Source of the DNA: an uncultured Spirochaetota bacterium
GTDB taxonomy: Bacteria; Spirochaetota; Brevinematia; Brevinematales; JAOACQ01
Direction: 5' to 3'
Assembly (NCBI GenBank): GCA_963768055.1
Contig: CAVYGN010000001.1
Coordinates: forward strand, 800,001 to 864,000
DNA: 64,000 nucleotides
The position numbers and the translations under genes are program-made. This document shows, piece by piece, positions 1 to 10,335 of the stretch; positions within the stretch are counted from its first letter, which is position 1, and each line of letters opens with the position of its first letter. Below the pieces are notes generated by a model, which had not been told where the DNA came from, searched no databases, and saw only the letters and a list, made by a program, of their open reading frames with translations.

Positions 1-983
1 CCGTCCGCGAATATTCTTTCCGTCGGATTACCATTTATAAAACTTACATTAACTATCCGGTACCCGATAGGGACGCTCCTGTTCCATTAGCCATGTTCCG
101 CTATGAAAATAGTATTTTTATATCCCGCAGGGAACATGCTCCCCGTATAAAACCTCATTCCAAGCGGCGCAACATGGGCCTGCATTTCAAGCACTGACGG
201 CGTATAATTGGAAAGTTCGGATACGCGGCTGCCGAATACCGGGTCCGGTAAATTCCTGCCGAGAATATAGGGAAAGCCGAAATTTATTCCGGGTTTATCG
301 GTCCTGTCCAGCCTGTCGGGCGGGAGGTTGTCGCCCATATAATCCCTGCCGTTTTCGGTAAAATAAAGGGCCTTTGTTTCCGGGTCCCAGTCGAAACCGA
401 CTGAATTCCTGATCCCTTTTGCGAAAATCTCGAAGTTTTTACCGTCTCTCTGAAGACGGCAGATAGTCCCGAAAACGGGGTTATCAGGCTTACAGACGTT
501 GCAGGGAACACCGACGGAAACATAGAGAAGCCCGTCAGGCCCGATCCCCAGGTATCTCCATCCATGCCAGGACTCTGAGGGGAGCTTATCATAAATAATA
601 TCAGGCTTGGCAGGTTTAAAAGGAATTCTATCCATGCCGCGAAAACGCAGTATCCTGGAATTGGCGGCGACGAAAAGCTCGCCGTCCTTATATGCGATCC
701 CGTTAGGCATCGTCAGGTTTTCTGCGATCCTGATCACTTTTTTCTTTTCACCGTCTCCTGATCCGATAACGGCGTAAACGTTACCCCCGTTCCTGTTTCC
801 CACGAACACGGTTCCTTCGGGGCCGAGGGCGAGCGACCTTGCGTCGGGGACTTCGGCGTATATTTCTATCCTGAAGCCGGGCGGGAGTTTTATTTTATCT
901 ATAACGGACGATCCTTCAGCGGGGAAAACAGGGTAACTTGCGACGAAGCAGGAAATTGCCATTAATAAAAAAGACTTTTTCAT
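1..983 (-). pseudogene. PQQ-dependent sugar/sorbosone dehydrogenase family beta-propeller protein; in-frame TAA at 87-89; 3' end runs off the window
   Basis: Signal peptide, LPPGFRIEIYA, HGWRYL..GPDG.LYVSVG.PCNVC, GIRNSVGFDW, TENGRD and AHVAPLG motifs. After AEHG* the same frame continues WNRSVPIGYRIV...IFADG, which restores the family motif HGSWNR. Confidence 0.75.
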
Positions 984-1259
984 TCAGGCCCCCTTTTTTT
1001 AAATATAATGACGCTTTAACAGGGGGGTCAAGCATATTTTTTATTGTTAACACCCAAAAAAAAGATGTTGGGTATAATATGGGTATAATATAGGTAGCGT
1101 TTATTTAACTGTCAGCAAGGAAAAATAATTTTAAAAGATATGATAGATACATGCGCTAATCTGGAAAGTTCCGTTAATTATTCAATTCGATTTTTCCGGT
1201 ATAACTTTTATTTTTCAAATACAGGTATCATGATATTTTGAACCTTTATATATATTCGT

Positions 1260-2246
1260 TTAAATTTTAACCCAGCCGCCATTTCTTCCGGATTCGAAAA
1301 GTGCGTCGATGACTTTCATGTTCCCTATAGCGTCGGAAATGGGGATAGGGACTTCCGAGTCTTCGATGACCGCCCTGGCGAAAGCCTCGAACTGAAGCTT
1401 GTAATGATCGATCGGCTTCGTTTCCATTATTCTGGTGACGGTCTTTTTAATGAGCGTCAGCTTCATAGGCAAATCGGGAATAGGATTGAAAGGAATATCA
1501 ATAACAAGGACCCCGGCGCTTCCATGGATTTCAACCTTTTGCCAGGGATATGTCTGGGTCGATACGGTAAAAACCGTCCTTGTTCCGCCGAAATCGAGTA
1601 TCCCGGAAGAAATATAATCCGTTTTGAATTCGCTGTCGAAGGAATTCAGGGCAAGAACCCGCAAAGGTTCGGCATTGAAAAGAAAGCGGGAGGAAGACGC
1701 GGCGTAACAGCCGATATCGAGGATGGCGCCGCCCCCGAATTCCTTGATGTTCCTTATATTCGAAGCTTCTTTGTTATAATATCCGAAAAATGTATGGACG
1801 GTTTGTATTTTTCCGATGCTGCCGTCGAAGGCCATGGCCTTTGCTCTGATCCATTGGGGATGGAACCTGTACATGAAAGCTTCCATGAGTTTAACCTTTT
1901 TGCTGAGTGCGTATTCGGCAGCGCTTTTTGCTTCTTTTGCATCCATGGCTATAGGTTTTTCACAGACAATATGCTTCCCCGCGTCGGCGGCCTTTTTGAT
2001 CCATTCGGCATGCAGATGGTTGGGCAGGGGTATAAATACCATATCTATCGAATCGTCCCCGAGCAATTCTTCATAGGATGCGTAGTAAACAGGTATACCG
2101 TATTTTGCGGAAGCCCTCCTCGCTTTTTCCGGCGAACGTGAAGCTATCGCGTAAATTTCTACCAGGCTGGATTTTTTAACCGGAGGAAGGACCCTTGAGA
2201 TAAAATGGGCCGATACTCCGAGGACCCCCATTTTAAGCTTTTTCAT
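1260..2246 (-). CDS. Gfo/Idh/MocA family NAD(P)-dependent oxidoreductase
   Basis: N-terminal Rossmann fold, LPNHLH, CEKP, EAFMYRFHPQW and GGGAILDIGCY motifs; AGGAGG RBS. Confidence 0.92.
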   Translation of the reverse strand: MKKLKMGVLGVSAHFISRVLPPVKKSSLVEIYAIASRSPEKARRASAKYGIPVYYASYEELLGDDSIDMVFIPLPNHLHAEWIKKAADAGKHIVCEKPIAMDAKEAKSAAEYALSKKVKLMEAFMYRFHPQWIRAKAMAFDGSIGKIQTVHTFFGYYNKEASNIRNIKEFGGGAILDIGCYAASSSRFLFNAEPLRVLALNSFDSEFKTDYISSGILDFGGTRTVFTVSTQTYPWQKVEIHGSAGVLVIDIPFNPIPDLPMKLTLIKKTVTRIMETKPIDHYKLQFEAFARAVIEDSEVPIPISDAIGNMKVIDALFESGRNGGWVKI

Positions 2247-2296
2247 AGCCCCCTCCTTATTTGCATTATTATAATTAGAATTATAAAAAATTTAAA

Positions 2297-2330
2297 ATAA
2301 AAAACCCCGTCATTTATATGGACGGGGTTT
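2297..2330 (-). terminator. Rho-independent terminator after the membrane PPase gene
   Basis: Hairpin AAACCCCGTC-N9-GACGGGGTTT followed by a T-tract on the minus strand, about 20 nt after the hppA stop. Confidence 0.75.
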
Positions 2331-2351
2331 AATGTTTATTTTGTTAGATTT

Positions 2352-4769
2352 TTATGTTCTCTTTGGGATCCTCATCGCATAGAAAGATCTCCAGACAAAG
2401 AACAGGGCGGTTGCCAGGAAAACTATTCCGACAATCGGGGCTGTCTTTACGAACGAGGGTGAAATGGCGATCTGCATCGCAAGGAGTCCGAAGAGTGTAG
2501 TGAATTTAATAATCGGGTTCAGGGATACCGACGAAGTGTCCTTGAAGGGATCGCCTACCGTATCTCCGATAACCGTGGCTGCATGGAGGGGCGTTCCCTT
2601 TTCGTTAAGATCCACCTCGACGACTTTCTTGGCGTTATCCCAGCATCCGCCGGCGTTTGCCATAAAGATGGCCTGGAAAAGCCCGAACACTGCAATTGAA
2701 ATCAGATAGCTTATAAAGAAGGAAGCGGCATTGGGGTTCGATTTGTCGGCCGCAGAGAAGAACGCGAAAGCAAGGGCGAATGAAAAAACAGCCAGGAAAA
2801 TGTTGTACATACCCTGCTGGGCGTATTGCGTGCATATCTTGACGACTTCCTTCGAATTGGAAATAGCGGCGCTCTTAACCCCGCTGTCGAGATTGATGTT
2901 TTTCTTGATATATTCCACAGCCCGGTATGAGCCGGTAGTAACGGCCTGCATCGAAGCTCCCGAGAACCAGAATATTACCATGCCTCCGCAGATAAACCCG
3001 ATGAGGGTGAAAGGATTGAGCAGGTTCAGTACAAGCGCGGGGTCGATCCCGAGGACGTTCCTCAAAACAAGGATTATCGAGAATATCATCGTAGTAGCAC
3101 CGATCACGGCTGTACCGATCAGAACGGGTTTAGCAGTAGCCTTGAAGGTGTTTCCCGCCCCGTCGTTGGCTTCGAGATAGTGTTTTGCCTTTTCGAAATC
3201 AGGCTTGAAATGGAAATCCCTTTCTATTTCACTTTTTATATCCGGCGTAGATTCGATCAGGGATAATTCGTAAATCGACTGGGCGTTATCGGTAACAGGG
3301 CCGTAACTGTCGACGGCGATCGTAACGGGCCCCATGCCCAGGAGTCCGAAAGCCACGAGGCCGAAGGCGAATACCGATGAATATTCCATTACTTCTTTGG
3401 GTATATTTATACTTGTTATATAAGCGATTACCATCAAGAGCGCCATTATCGAACCGATCCAGAATGCGCTGAAGTTGCCCGATACCAGGCCCGAAAGAAT
3501 GGTCAGGGAGGCTCCGCCTTCCCTTGAAGCTGTTACGACTTCTTTTACATGCTTCGATTTAGGGCTCGTGAAGATCTTGGTGAATTCGGGAATAAGGGCG
3601 GCCCCAAGAGTTCCGCAGCTTATGATTATCGAAAGGATCAGCCAGAGATTTCCGGGCAATGACGACAACTGCCAGTAGCTGACTGAAAAGGTCACCGCCA
3701 TGGACAGGATCGATGTTATCCAGACCAGCGAAGTCAGGGGATGCTCGAAATCTATCTCATCCTTTTTCTTATAAATAATGCTGCTGACAAATTTGTTTAT
3801 CCAGTAAGCTACAACCGAAGTGACGATCATAAGTATGCGCATCATGAAAATCCAGATCAGCAGAGTGACCTGATTATTCGGGGCGACTGCAAGGACGATG
3901 AAAGTGATGAGCGCCACTCCGGTCACGCCGTATGTTTCAAACCCGTCGGCGGTAGGCCCTACGCTGTCGCCGGCATTGTCCCCGGTGCAGTCTGCTATGA
4001 CTCCCGGATTCCGGGGATCGTCCTCTTTTATGTTAAAAACGATTTTCATAAGGTCGGAACCGATATCGGCTATCTTTGTGAAGATGCCTCCGCAGATCCT
4101 GAGAGCGCTGGCGCCGAGAGATTCGCCGATGGCAAATCCGATAAAGCAGGCGCCTGCGTAATCCCTGGGGATGAAAAGCAGGATGATAAGCATCATTATC
4201 AGTTCTACGGAAACAAGGAGTACCCCGATGCTCATTCCCGACTGAAGCGGAATGTTCAGCAGCTTAATAGGTTTTCTCTCGAGCGAGGCGAAAGCCATCC
4301 TGCTGTTGGCAAGGGTGTTTATTCTTATGCCGAACCATGCGACTCCGTAAGAGCCCAGAATGCCTACTACAGACCAGCCGAGAATAAGCAGAACGCCGGA
4401 AAAGGGGTTTTGCTGCAGAAAACCGAAGTAAAACCCGATACATGCGGCGATAAAGATTTCCAGTATTATTAGAAACTTGCCCTGCTGAATAAGGTAGGTT
4501 TTCGCGGTTTCGAAAATCGTGGCGGCTACATCAAGCATGGATTTGTGGGCTTTCAAGGATTTTACACGAAGATACTGGTACAGGCCGAAAACCAGGCCTA
4601 GAAAGCAGATCACGAATCCGCCGATTAATAAATTATACATTGGGTTCGTACCTTTTTCACTAAGGTCGGGGATGATCAGGTTCGCCTCGCTTGCCATGAG
4701 CGGCGAAGCGAAAAACATTATAATCGCAGCGATTGGAAAAATCCCAAACCATTTCTTTGTTTTAGACAT
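2352..4769 (-). CDS. hppA: Membrane-bound ion-translocating pyrophosphatase, K+-independent (GNxxK) type
   Basis: GGIFTKIADIGSDL, EDDPRNPGVIADCTGDNAGD, DSYGPVTDNA, GNTFKA, GGCWDNAKK and GDTVGDPFKDT motifs; many TM helices. Start moved to ATG 4769, which follows a GGAGG RBS. Confidence 0.95.
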   Translation of the reverse strand: MSKTKKWFGIFPIAAIIMFFASPLMASEANLIIPDLSEKGTNPMYNLLIGGFVICFLGLVFGLYQYLRVKSLKAHKSMLDVAATIFETAKTYLIQQGKFLIILEIFIAACIGFYFGFLQQNPFSGVLLILGWSVVGILGSYGVAWFGIRINTLANSRMAFASLERKPIKLLNIPLQSGMSIGVLLVSVELIMMLIILLFIPRDYAGACFIGFAIGESLGASALRICGGIFTKIADIGSDLMKIVFNIKEDDPRNPGVIADCTGDNAGDSVGPTADGFETYGVTGVALITFIVLAVAPNNQVTLLIWIFMMRILMIVTSVVAYWINKFVSSIIYKKKDEIDFEHPLTSLVWITSILSMAVTFSVSYWQLSSLPGNLWLILSIIISCGTLGAALIPEFTKIFTSPKSKHVKEVVTASREGGASLTILSGLVSGNFSAFWIGSIMALLMVIAYITSINIPKEVMEYSSVFAFGLVAFGLLGMGPVTIAVDSYGPVTDNAQSIYELSLIESTPDIKSEIERDFHFKPDFEKAKHYLEANDGAGNTFKATAKPVLIGTAVIGATTMIFSIILVLRNVLGIDPALVLNLLNPFTLIGFICGGMVIFWFSGASMQAVTTGSYRAVEYIKKNINLDSGVKSAAISNSKEVVKICTQYAQQGMYNIFLAVFSFALAFAFFSAADKSNPNAASFFISYLISIAVFGLFQAIFMANAGGCWDNAKKVVEVDLNEKGTPLHAATVIGDTVGDPFKDTSSVSLNPIIKFTTLFGLLAMQIAISPSFVKTAPIVGIVFLATALFFVWRSFYAMRIPKRT

Positions 4770-4858
4770 TCTATCCTCCAAATTAATATTTAAATTTCTA
4801 TTATAAAACGAAAGAATAGGCATTCTATTACTGATATTAAAAAAAATTTTTACTATTT

Positions 4859-4887
4859 ATTTTATGGAATCCGGCACCATATGTCAA
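4859..4887 (-). promoter_or_regulatory. sigma70-type promoter for hppA
   Basis: TTGACA (4887-4882), N17, TAAAAT (4864-4859) on the minus strand. Confidence 0.7.
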
Positions 4888-4941
4888 GAAACGAAATGAA
4901 GCCCGGGGAGATCAAAAATAAAACTTCGATTGAATTAGAAA

Positions 4942-4970
4942 TTGACAAAAATAAGGAGTCCCTGTATTCT
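4942..4970 (+). promoter_or_regulatory. sigma70-type promoter for the hydrogenase operon
   Basis: TTGACA (4942-4947), N17, TATTCT (4965-4970). Confidence 0.7.
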
Positions 4971-5037
4971 ATCTGCATTGGTTTTTTTCCGCCGGTTTTT
5001 TAGATAACCGTAATTTTATTAATTAGGAGAGATCAGA

Positions 5038-6480
5038 GTGATGAACAGCCAGGCTTATATACTATTGGTAGTGTTAATACCCTTTTTCGGATCCCTAGTT
5101 CTTCCTTTAATCGGGCATTTTTCAGTCCGTTTAAGAAATTACATGTCTCTAGCTATGGTCCTGTGTTCATTTATTTTTTCGGCTTTGCTCCTCCCATCCG
5201 TCCTTGCCAATCAAACCGTATCATTCGCTTTGAACATGGATATGGGTTTCCTGGGTAATGCTTCAACTATATTCAGAGCCGATTCCCTTGCTGTTTTTAT
5301 GGCTATGGTTTCGTCGCTTATAGGTTCGATTATTGTTTTTTACTCATTCGGTTATATCAGCCATTATAAAAATCAAAATGAATATTACCTGATGGTAGTT
5401 CTTTTCCTCGGTTCGATGATGGGACTTGTGTTTTCTTCGCACCTGATCTTTCTGTATATATTCTGGGAAGTTTCAGCCATCTGCAGCTGGCGTCTGATCG
5501 GGTTTTTCCGTGAAAAGGATCATGTTTTAAAGGCCGATAAGGCGCTGCTCGTTACCTTCGGAGGAGCGCTCCTGATGCTGATCGGGTTTTTCATGATCTA
5601 TATGCAATACGGGACATTCGACCTGACCCTGATCAAGCAGGGGGCTGCAATATCTAACACAGCTGTTATCCTCATCATGTGCGGCATACTTTCTAAATCG
5701 TCAACCCTGCCTTTCCATACATGGCTGCCCGATGCCGGTGTAGCGCCGTCTCCGGTCACATCCCTTCTCCACGCCGCGATACTTGTAAAGATAGGAGTTT
5801 ATGTATTCGCGAGGCTGTTCTTTGCGACTTTCAGCCTTGATTCGATATGGCATTCCGTGATCCCTGTCATAGCAGCCGTGAGCGCGCTTGTCTCAGCCGG
5901 AGCCGCTATCATTGAAACCGACCTTAAGAGGATCATAGCTTATTCGACGATCAGCCAGATCGGGTTCATATTTTTAGGATTATCCTGCGGAAGCCCGCTC
6001 GGCGTCGCGGGTGCCCTTCTATATATCCTCATGCATGGCCTTGCCAAGGGCGGGCTTTTCCTCTGCGCCGGCATAGTCGAGCAGAGCACTAAAACTAAGG
6101 ATATTACGAAGCTCGGAGGCCTCATTACAGCTATGCCTGTAACAGCGATTACATTTATCGCCTGTTCTTTTTCCATTATGGGCATCCCCCCCTTCGGAGG
6201 ATTTTTCAGTAAATATATGGTTATCGGCGGCACAGTTGAAGCCGGACAGACATGGATGGCTTTTGTATTCATTCTTGGCGCAATATTGACCGCGATCTAT
6301 CTTTTACGTGTTTTTGTCAGCGTCTTTATGGGCAATATAAAAACACAGCCCTCGAAAGAGGGTTCAAGTACAATGCTTATAAGCGTTGCCGCTCTTGCTC
6401 TTCTTTCGCTGGCCGCGGGGATATTTATCAGTTATCCTGCCGGATTGGTCCAGAACATTATCATGGGGGTTAAAGGTTAA
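5038..6480 (+). CDS. Antiporter-like membrane subunit 1 (NuoL/M/N, MrpA/D superfamily) of a group 4 hydrogenase
   Basis: LYIFWE, KSSTLPFHTWLPDAGVAPSPVTSLLHAA, LKRIIAYSTISQIG, HGLAKGGLFL and GIPPFGGFFSK motifs. Confidence 0.9.
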   Translation: MMNSQAYILLVVLIPFFGSLVLPLIGHFSVRLRNYMSLAMVLCSFIFSALLLPSVLANQTVSFALNMDMGFLGNASTIFRADSLAVFMAMVSSLIGSIIVFYSFGYISHYKNQNEYYLMVVLFLGSMMGLVFSSHLIFLYIFWEVSAICSWRLIGFFREKDHVLKADKALLVTFGGALLMLIGFFMIYMQYGTFDLTLIKQGAAISNTAVILIMCGILSKSSTLPFHTWLPDAGVAPSPVTSLLHAAILVKIGVYVFARLFFATFSLDSIWHSVIPVIAAVSALVSAGAAIIETDLKRIIAYSTISQIGFIFLGLSCGSPLGVAGALLYILMHGLAKGGLFLCAGIVEQSTKTKDITKLGGLITAMPVTAITFIACSFSIMGIPPFGGFFSKYMVIGGTVEAGQTWMAFVFILGAILTAIYLLRVFVSVFMGNIKTQPSKEGSSTMLISVAALALLSLAAGIFISYPAGLVQNIIMGVKG

Positions 6481-6481
6481 A

Positions 6482-8350
6482 ATGGATAATTCGATTCTTT
6501 TCATACCGGTATTTCTCCCTCTCATTATTGCACTTGTCGTTTTTGTAATTCCCGGGCGCGACAGATGGCTGAAGGAGACCCTCGCTATCATCGGCGTTAC
6601 CGTAAATCTGGCAATATGCATATACCTTTTTGGATTTGTTAAAAATATGTCTCTGGACATCCCCTGGTTTTCGGCAGGCGGCCTCGATGTCCATTTTCTC
6701 CTGAAACTATATAATTTCAGCGCGTTTATTGTCCTGGCCGTATCGGGTTTTGCTTTTCTAATAACGCTTTATTCGGCAGTTTTTATGAAGGGAAAGGAGA
6801 ATTTAAGGCAGTATTACGCTTTTCTTTTATTAACCGTCGGTTTTGTAAACGGGGCAGTGCTTGCCAATCATCTTGTCCTGATGCTCTTTTTCTGGGAAGG
6901 CATTCTTATAACGGTTTTCGCGATGATTATGTCGGGAGGCAAAGCGGCTTTTCCGACCGCCGTAAAATCATTCGTGCTAAACGGAGTCGCGGATTTCTGC
7001 ATGATATTGGGAATAACCATATTAGGATTTATTACCAAGGGCAACCTGGAGATGGACTCGCTTAAAGCGGCGCCGATTGGACTTACAAATTTCCCCGGCA
7101 TTTTCTCTTTTATTCTTATTATGATCGGGGCGGTAGCTAAAGCCGGTTCAATGCCATTTCATTCATGGATACCCGATGCCGCCATCGATGCACCGCTTCC
7201 CTTCATGGCCTTCCTCCCGGCTTCCCTTGAAAAATTGCTTGGTATTTATCTGCTGGCCCGTGTCACGCTTGACTTTTTCGATTTCAAGTCGGGCACCGCT
7301 ATCAGCATAGTTGTAATGACAATCGGAGCGGTAACCATAATGCTTGCGGTGATAATGGCCCTTATACAAAAGGATTTCAAGAAGCTTCTATCCTATCATG
7401 CAATCAGCCAGGTAGGATATATGATCCTGGGCATCGGCACGGCAATTCCTGTCGGTATAATAGGCGGGCTCTTCCACATGATAAATCATGCGATGTATAA
7501 AAGCTGTCTTTTTTTGACAGGCGGCTCCGTTGAAAAGCAGGCTGGAACGACCCATCTTGCGGCCTTAGGCGGGCTGGGCAGGAAAATGCCTTTTACCTTT
7601 GCGAGCTTTATCGTAGCGGCGTGTGCGATTTCGGGAGTTCCGCCGCTAAACGGATTTTTTTCCAAGGAGCTCGTTTTTGCCGGAGCGCTCGAGACGGGGA
7701 TGCCGATTTTCTATATAGCGGCTGTCCTGGGCGCGTTTTTTACAGCAGCTTCTTTCCTGAAACTCGGTCATTCCGCGTTTCTCGGCAAACCCGCCAGGGA
7801 TTGGAAAAATGTTAAAGATCCCTCCTGGGCGATGGTTGTACCTATGGTTATTATAGCCCTTGGATGCATAATTTTCGGAGTTTATAATGTCCTGCCCCTG
7901 CAAAACCTTATTGAGCCGATACTCGGTACAAGGCTTGAACACAGCTTTGCCGGCCTTCCCGCAAACTGGACGCTTGCGGCGGTTTCAGTTGCAGTGCTGG
8001 CCCTGGCTTATCTCAACCATCTCTACGGGGTCTCCAGGTCGAAAAGCGCGCTTGGCGCAGCTGATCATATACACTATGCGCCTGTCCTCTCGACTGTTTA
8101 CGGCCTAGCCGAAAAGAGATTTTTCGACCCTTATGATATAGGCATGTTAATAGTAAACGGAATTTCAAGGTTTTTATGGTGGATAGACAGGGGCATCGAC
8201 TGGATTTATAATAAATTTATTACAGGCGTAACAGCTGCGACATCATGGATTATCAGGAAAGCCCATACGGGTAATTTCGCCTTATACCTGGTCTGGTCCC
8301 TTGCAGGTATGGCTGTTATCATAGTAATATTTGCGTTACAAACACGTTAG
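6482..8350 (+). CDS. Antiporter-like membrane subunit 2 (long, NuoL/MrpA-like)
   Basis: LFFWE, KAGSMPFHSWIPDA, KKLLSYHAISQVG, NHAMYK and GVPPLNGFFSKE motifs; C-terminal amphipathic tail ending HTGN..LY. Start moved to ATG 6482, right after the previous stop. Confidence 0.9.
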   Translation: MDNSILFIPVFLPLIIALVVFVIPGRDRWLKETLAIIGVTVNLAICIYLFGFVKNMSLDIPWFSAGGLDVHFLLKLYNFSAFIVLAVSGFAFLITLYSAVFMKGKENLRQYYAFLLLTVGFVNGAVLANHLVLMLFFWEGILITVFAMIMSGGKAAFPTAVKSFVLNGVADFCMILGITILGFITKGNLEMDSLKAAPIGLTNFPGIFSFILIMIGAVAKAGSMPFHSWIPDAAIDAPLPFMAFLPASLEKLLGIYLLARVTLDFFDFKSGTAISIVVMTIGAVTIMLAVIMALIQKDFKKLLSYHAISQVGYMILGIGTAIPVGIIGGLFHMINHAMYKSCLFLTGGSVEKQAGTTHLAALGGLGRKMPFTFASFIVAACAISGVPPLNGFFSKELVFAGALETGMPIFYIAAVLGAFFTAASFLKLGHSAFLGKPARDWKNVKDPSWAMVVPMVIIALGCIIFGVYNVLPLQNLIEPILGTRLEHSFAGLPANWTLAAVSVAVLALAYLNHLYGVSRSKSALGAADHIHYAPVLSTVYGLAEKRFFDPYDIGMLIVNGISRFLWWIDRGIDWIYNKFITGVTAATSWIIRKAHTGNFALYLVWSLAGMAVIIVIFALQTR

Positions 8351-8360
8351 GAGGTTTTGA

Positions 8361-9794
8361 TTGCAGGCCCTATTTATAATTATCCCCCTGCTGGCGGTAT
8401 TGGTCCTGAACCTTCCATTCAAGCAGGCATTCAGAAAGATAGCGTTTTACGCGGCGATTATAGTGACCCTTTTACAGATGGCTATGTCATTGACATCGGG
8501 AATCATGCTGTGGAATAATATAACCGAGATATTTAAATTTAATTTCATGGCGCAATTAAGCGTGGATTTTTTCACTCTTGTTGTCCTTTTTACGATAGGC
8601 CTTATAGCCTTCGTATCCCTTATTGTCTGCAGGGCGTCGGTAAAAAAAGACCCCTTCAATTTCATAAACCTCATTCTCCTGGCGGTAATGGGGATGAATG
8701 GCGTTGTTATGACCAGGGACATTTTCACTTTATATGTCTTTCTTGAAATTACGGCAGTGGCTTCTTTTATTCTTATCGCAATGGATAAAGGCATAGAAGC
8801 CTTCGAAGGCGCCCTAAAATACCTTATTTTATCAGCCGTCGCAACAATATTCATTCTTATGGCGATCGCCCTGATATTCTTTTCCGTCCAAAGCTTGAAT
8901 TTCAGCGATATAAGTTCTTATTTAAAAAGGCTTAAAGGCAGTTTCCCCCCCAATCTTATCGCGGCTGTTATTCTATTTATAACCGGCCTTTCAATTAAGG
9001 CTGGGGTGGTTCCGTTTCATGGCTGGCTTCCCGACGCTTATATGTCGGCCACTGCTCCAGTGTCGGTTTTTTTGGCGGGCATAGTTACGAAGGTCGCCGG
9101 GGTTTATACTATAATGAGGCTTGCCGGTGAAGTTTTCAATAACATACCATTTGTAAATACAGTTTTAATGGCTTTCGGGACACTTTCCATCGTTATAGGC
9201 GCCCTTGCGGCAATAGGACAGAAAGATTTTAAAAGGATACTCGCATATTCGAGCATATCACAGATAGGTTATATAATTTTAGCTACAGGCATAGGAACAC
9301 CCCTGGCCTTCGCCGGGGCTCTTTTACACTTCTTCAACCATGCCTCGTTCAAATCGCTCTTATTCGTCAATTCTACAGCGGTTGAATTACAGACCGGGAC
9401 AAGGGAAATAGATAAGCTCGGAGGGCTTGCAGGCCGTATGCCGATTACCGGAGGGACTTCCATTGTAGCGTTTTTCTCGACCATGGGCATGCCTCCGCTT
9501 GCGGGGTTCTGGAGCAAATTGATAATAATACTTGCCGCATGGTCAGGCGGTTATTATATTTATAGCGTAATAGCTCTTCTGGCAAGCATTTTAACATTGG
9601 GTTATTTTCTCATTCTTCAGAGGAAGGTGTTTTTTGGAAAGTTAGCGGCAGGTTTAGAGAATATTAAAGAAGCGAATTTTGGTCTTTCCTTTCCGGCAAT
9701 TCTTCTCGCGGCAATTACTATTATTTTAGGTTTAGCTTTCCCGTTTATTATCTATTATTTTCAGGCGAACGGGCTTTTAAAATTGGCAATATAA
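8361..9794 (+). CDS. Antiporter-like membrane subunit 3 (NuoN/MrpD-like)
   Basis: DIFTLYVFLE, GALKYL, KAGVVPFHGWLPDAY, KRILAYSSISQIG and GMPPLAGFWSK motifs; AGGAGG RBS before a TTG start. Confidence 0.9.
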   Translation: MQALFIIIPLLAVLVLNLPFKQAFRKIAFYAAIIVTLLQMAMSLTSGIMLWNNITEIFKFNFMAQLSVDFFTLVVLFTIGLIAFVSLIVCRASVKKDPFNFINLILLAVMGMNGVVMTRDIFTLYVFLEITAVASFILIAMDKGIEAFEGALKYLILSAVATIFILMAIALIFFSVQSLNFSDISSYLKRLKGSFPPNLIAAVILFITGLSIKAGVVPFHGWLPDAYMSATAPVSVFLAGIVTKVAGVYTIMRLAGEVFNNIPFVNTVLMAFGTLSIVIGALAAIGQKDFKRILAYSSISQIGYIILATGIGTPLAFAGALLHFFNHASFKSLLFVNSTAVELQTGTREIDKLGGLAGRMPITGGTSIVAFFSTMGMPPLAGFWSKLIIILAAWSGGYYIYSVIALLASILTLGYFLILQRKVFFGKLAAGLENIKEANFGLSFPAILLAAITIILGLAFPFIIYYFQANGLLKLAI

Positions 9795-9813
9795 GGTTAA
9801 TGGAGTAATTGGA

Positions 9814-10335
9814 ATGAAAGAGACCTTTATTATTATAATGCTTTCGGGGCTGGTATTATCCGCCATCCTGTCGGTCATGATAAGGAGCCTTATCAAGGCG
9901 GCGATATCTCTCGCCATCGCCAGCGCTTTTCTTGCGGTAATGATGTTCATACTGGGCGCATGGATCGCTGCCGTGATAGAACTGTCTGTTTGCGCGGGTA
10001 TGATCACCGTTGTATTCATTAGTGCTATAAGCCTTACGGTTCCTCTGACCGATGAACAGATCGCGATTGAGGCTAAACAGAGGGTGAAACGATTTATTTA
10101 TCTTCCTTTTATCCTCGCCGCGACACTGGCGCTTGCGATAATACTATGGTACAACCGGATTATTAATTTTGATTTTCTTTCAGCGTTTAAAGGAGCGCCG
10201 GAGAAGCTTGACTTCTATACTCAGGGATCTGTGATATGGGACAAGAGGGCGGTAGATCTCCTGGGCCAGGTCATCGTTTTACTTTCGGGAGTTTACGGAG
10301 TAGTAGTTTTATTTAAGGAGCGTAATCAAAAATGA
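9814..10335 (+). CDS. NuoJ-like membrane subunit
   Basis: Small hydrophobic protein with AAVIELSVCAGMITVVF (cf. NuoJ Q/ExxVYAGA); position in the operon. Confidence 0.7.
   Translation: MKETFIIIMLSGLVLSAILSVMIRSLIKAAISLAIASAFLAVMMFILGAWIAAVIELSVCAGMITVVFISAISLTVPLTDEQIAIEAKQRVKRFIYLPFILAATLALAIILWYNRIINFDFLSAFKGAPEKLDFYTQGSVIWDKRAVDLLGQVIVLLSGVYGVVVLFKERNQK

Noticed and set aside
87..89. Stop-codon recoding (Sec/Pyl or an alternative genetic code)
   Set aside because: The codon is TAA, not TGA or TAG; TAA terminates many other genes here; and a single TCA>TAA change explains it.
1404..4806. Long antisense ORFs such as 1404..2141 and 3741..4472 (also 42240..42803, 44858..45415 and similar)
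   Set aside because: They are shadows of well-supported genes on the opposite strand and have no recognisable motifs.
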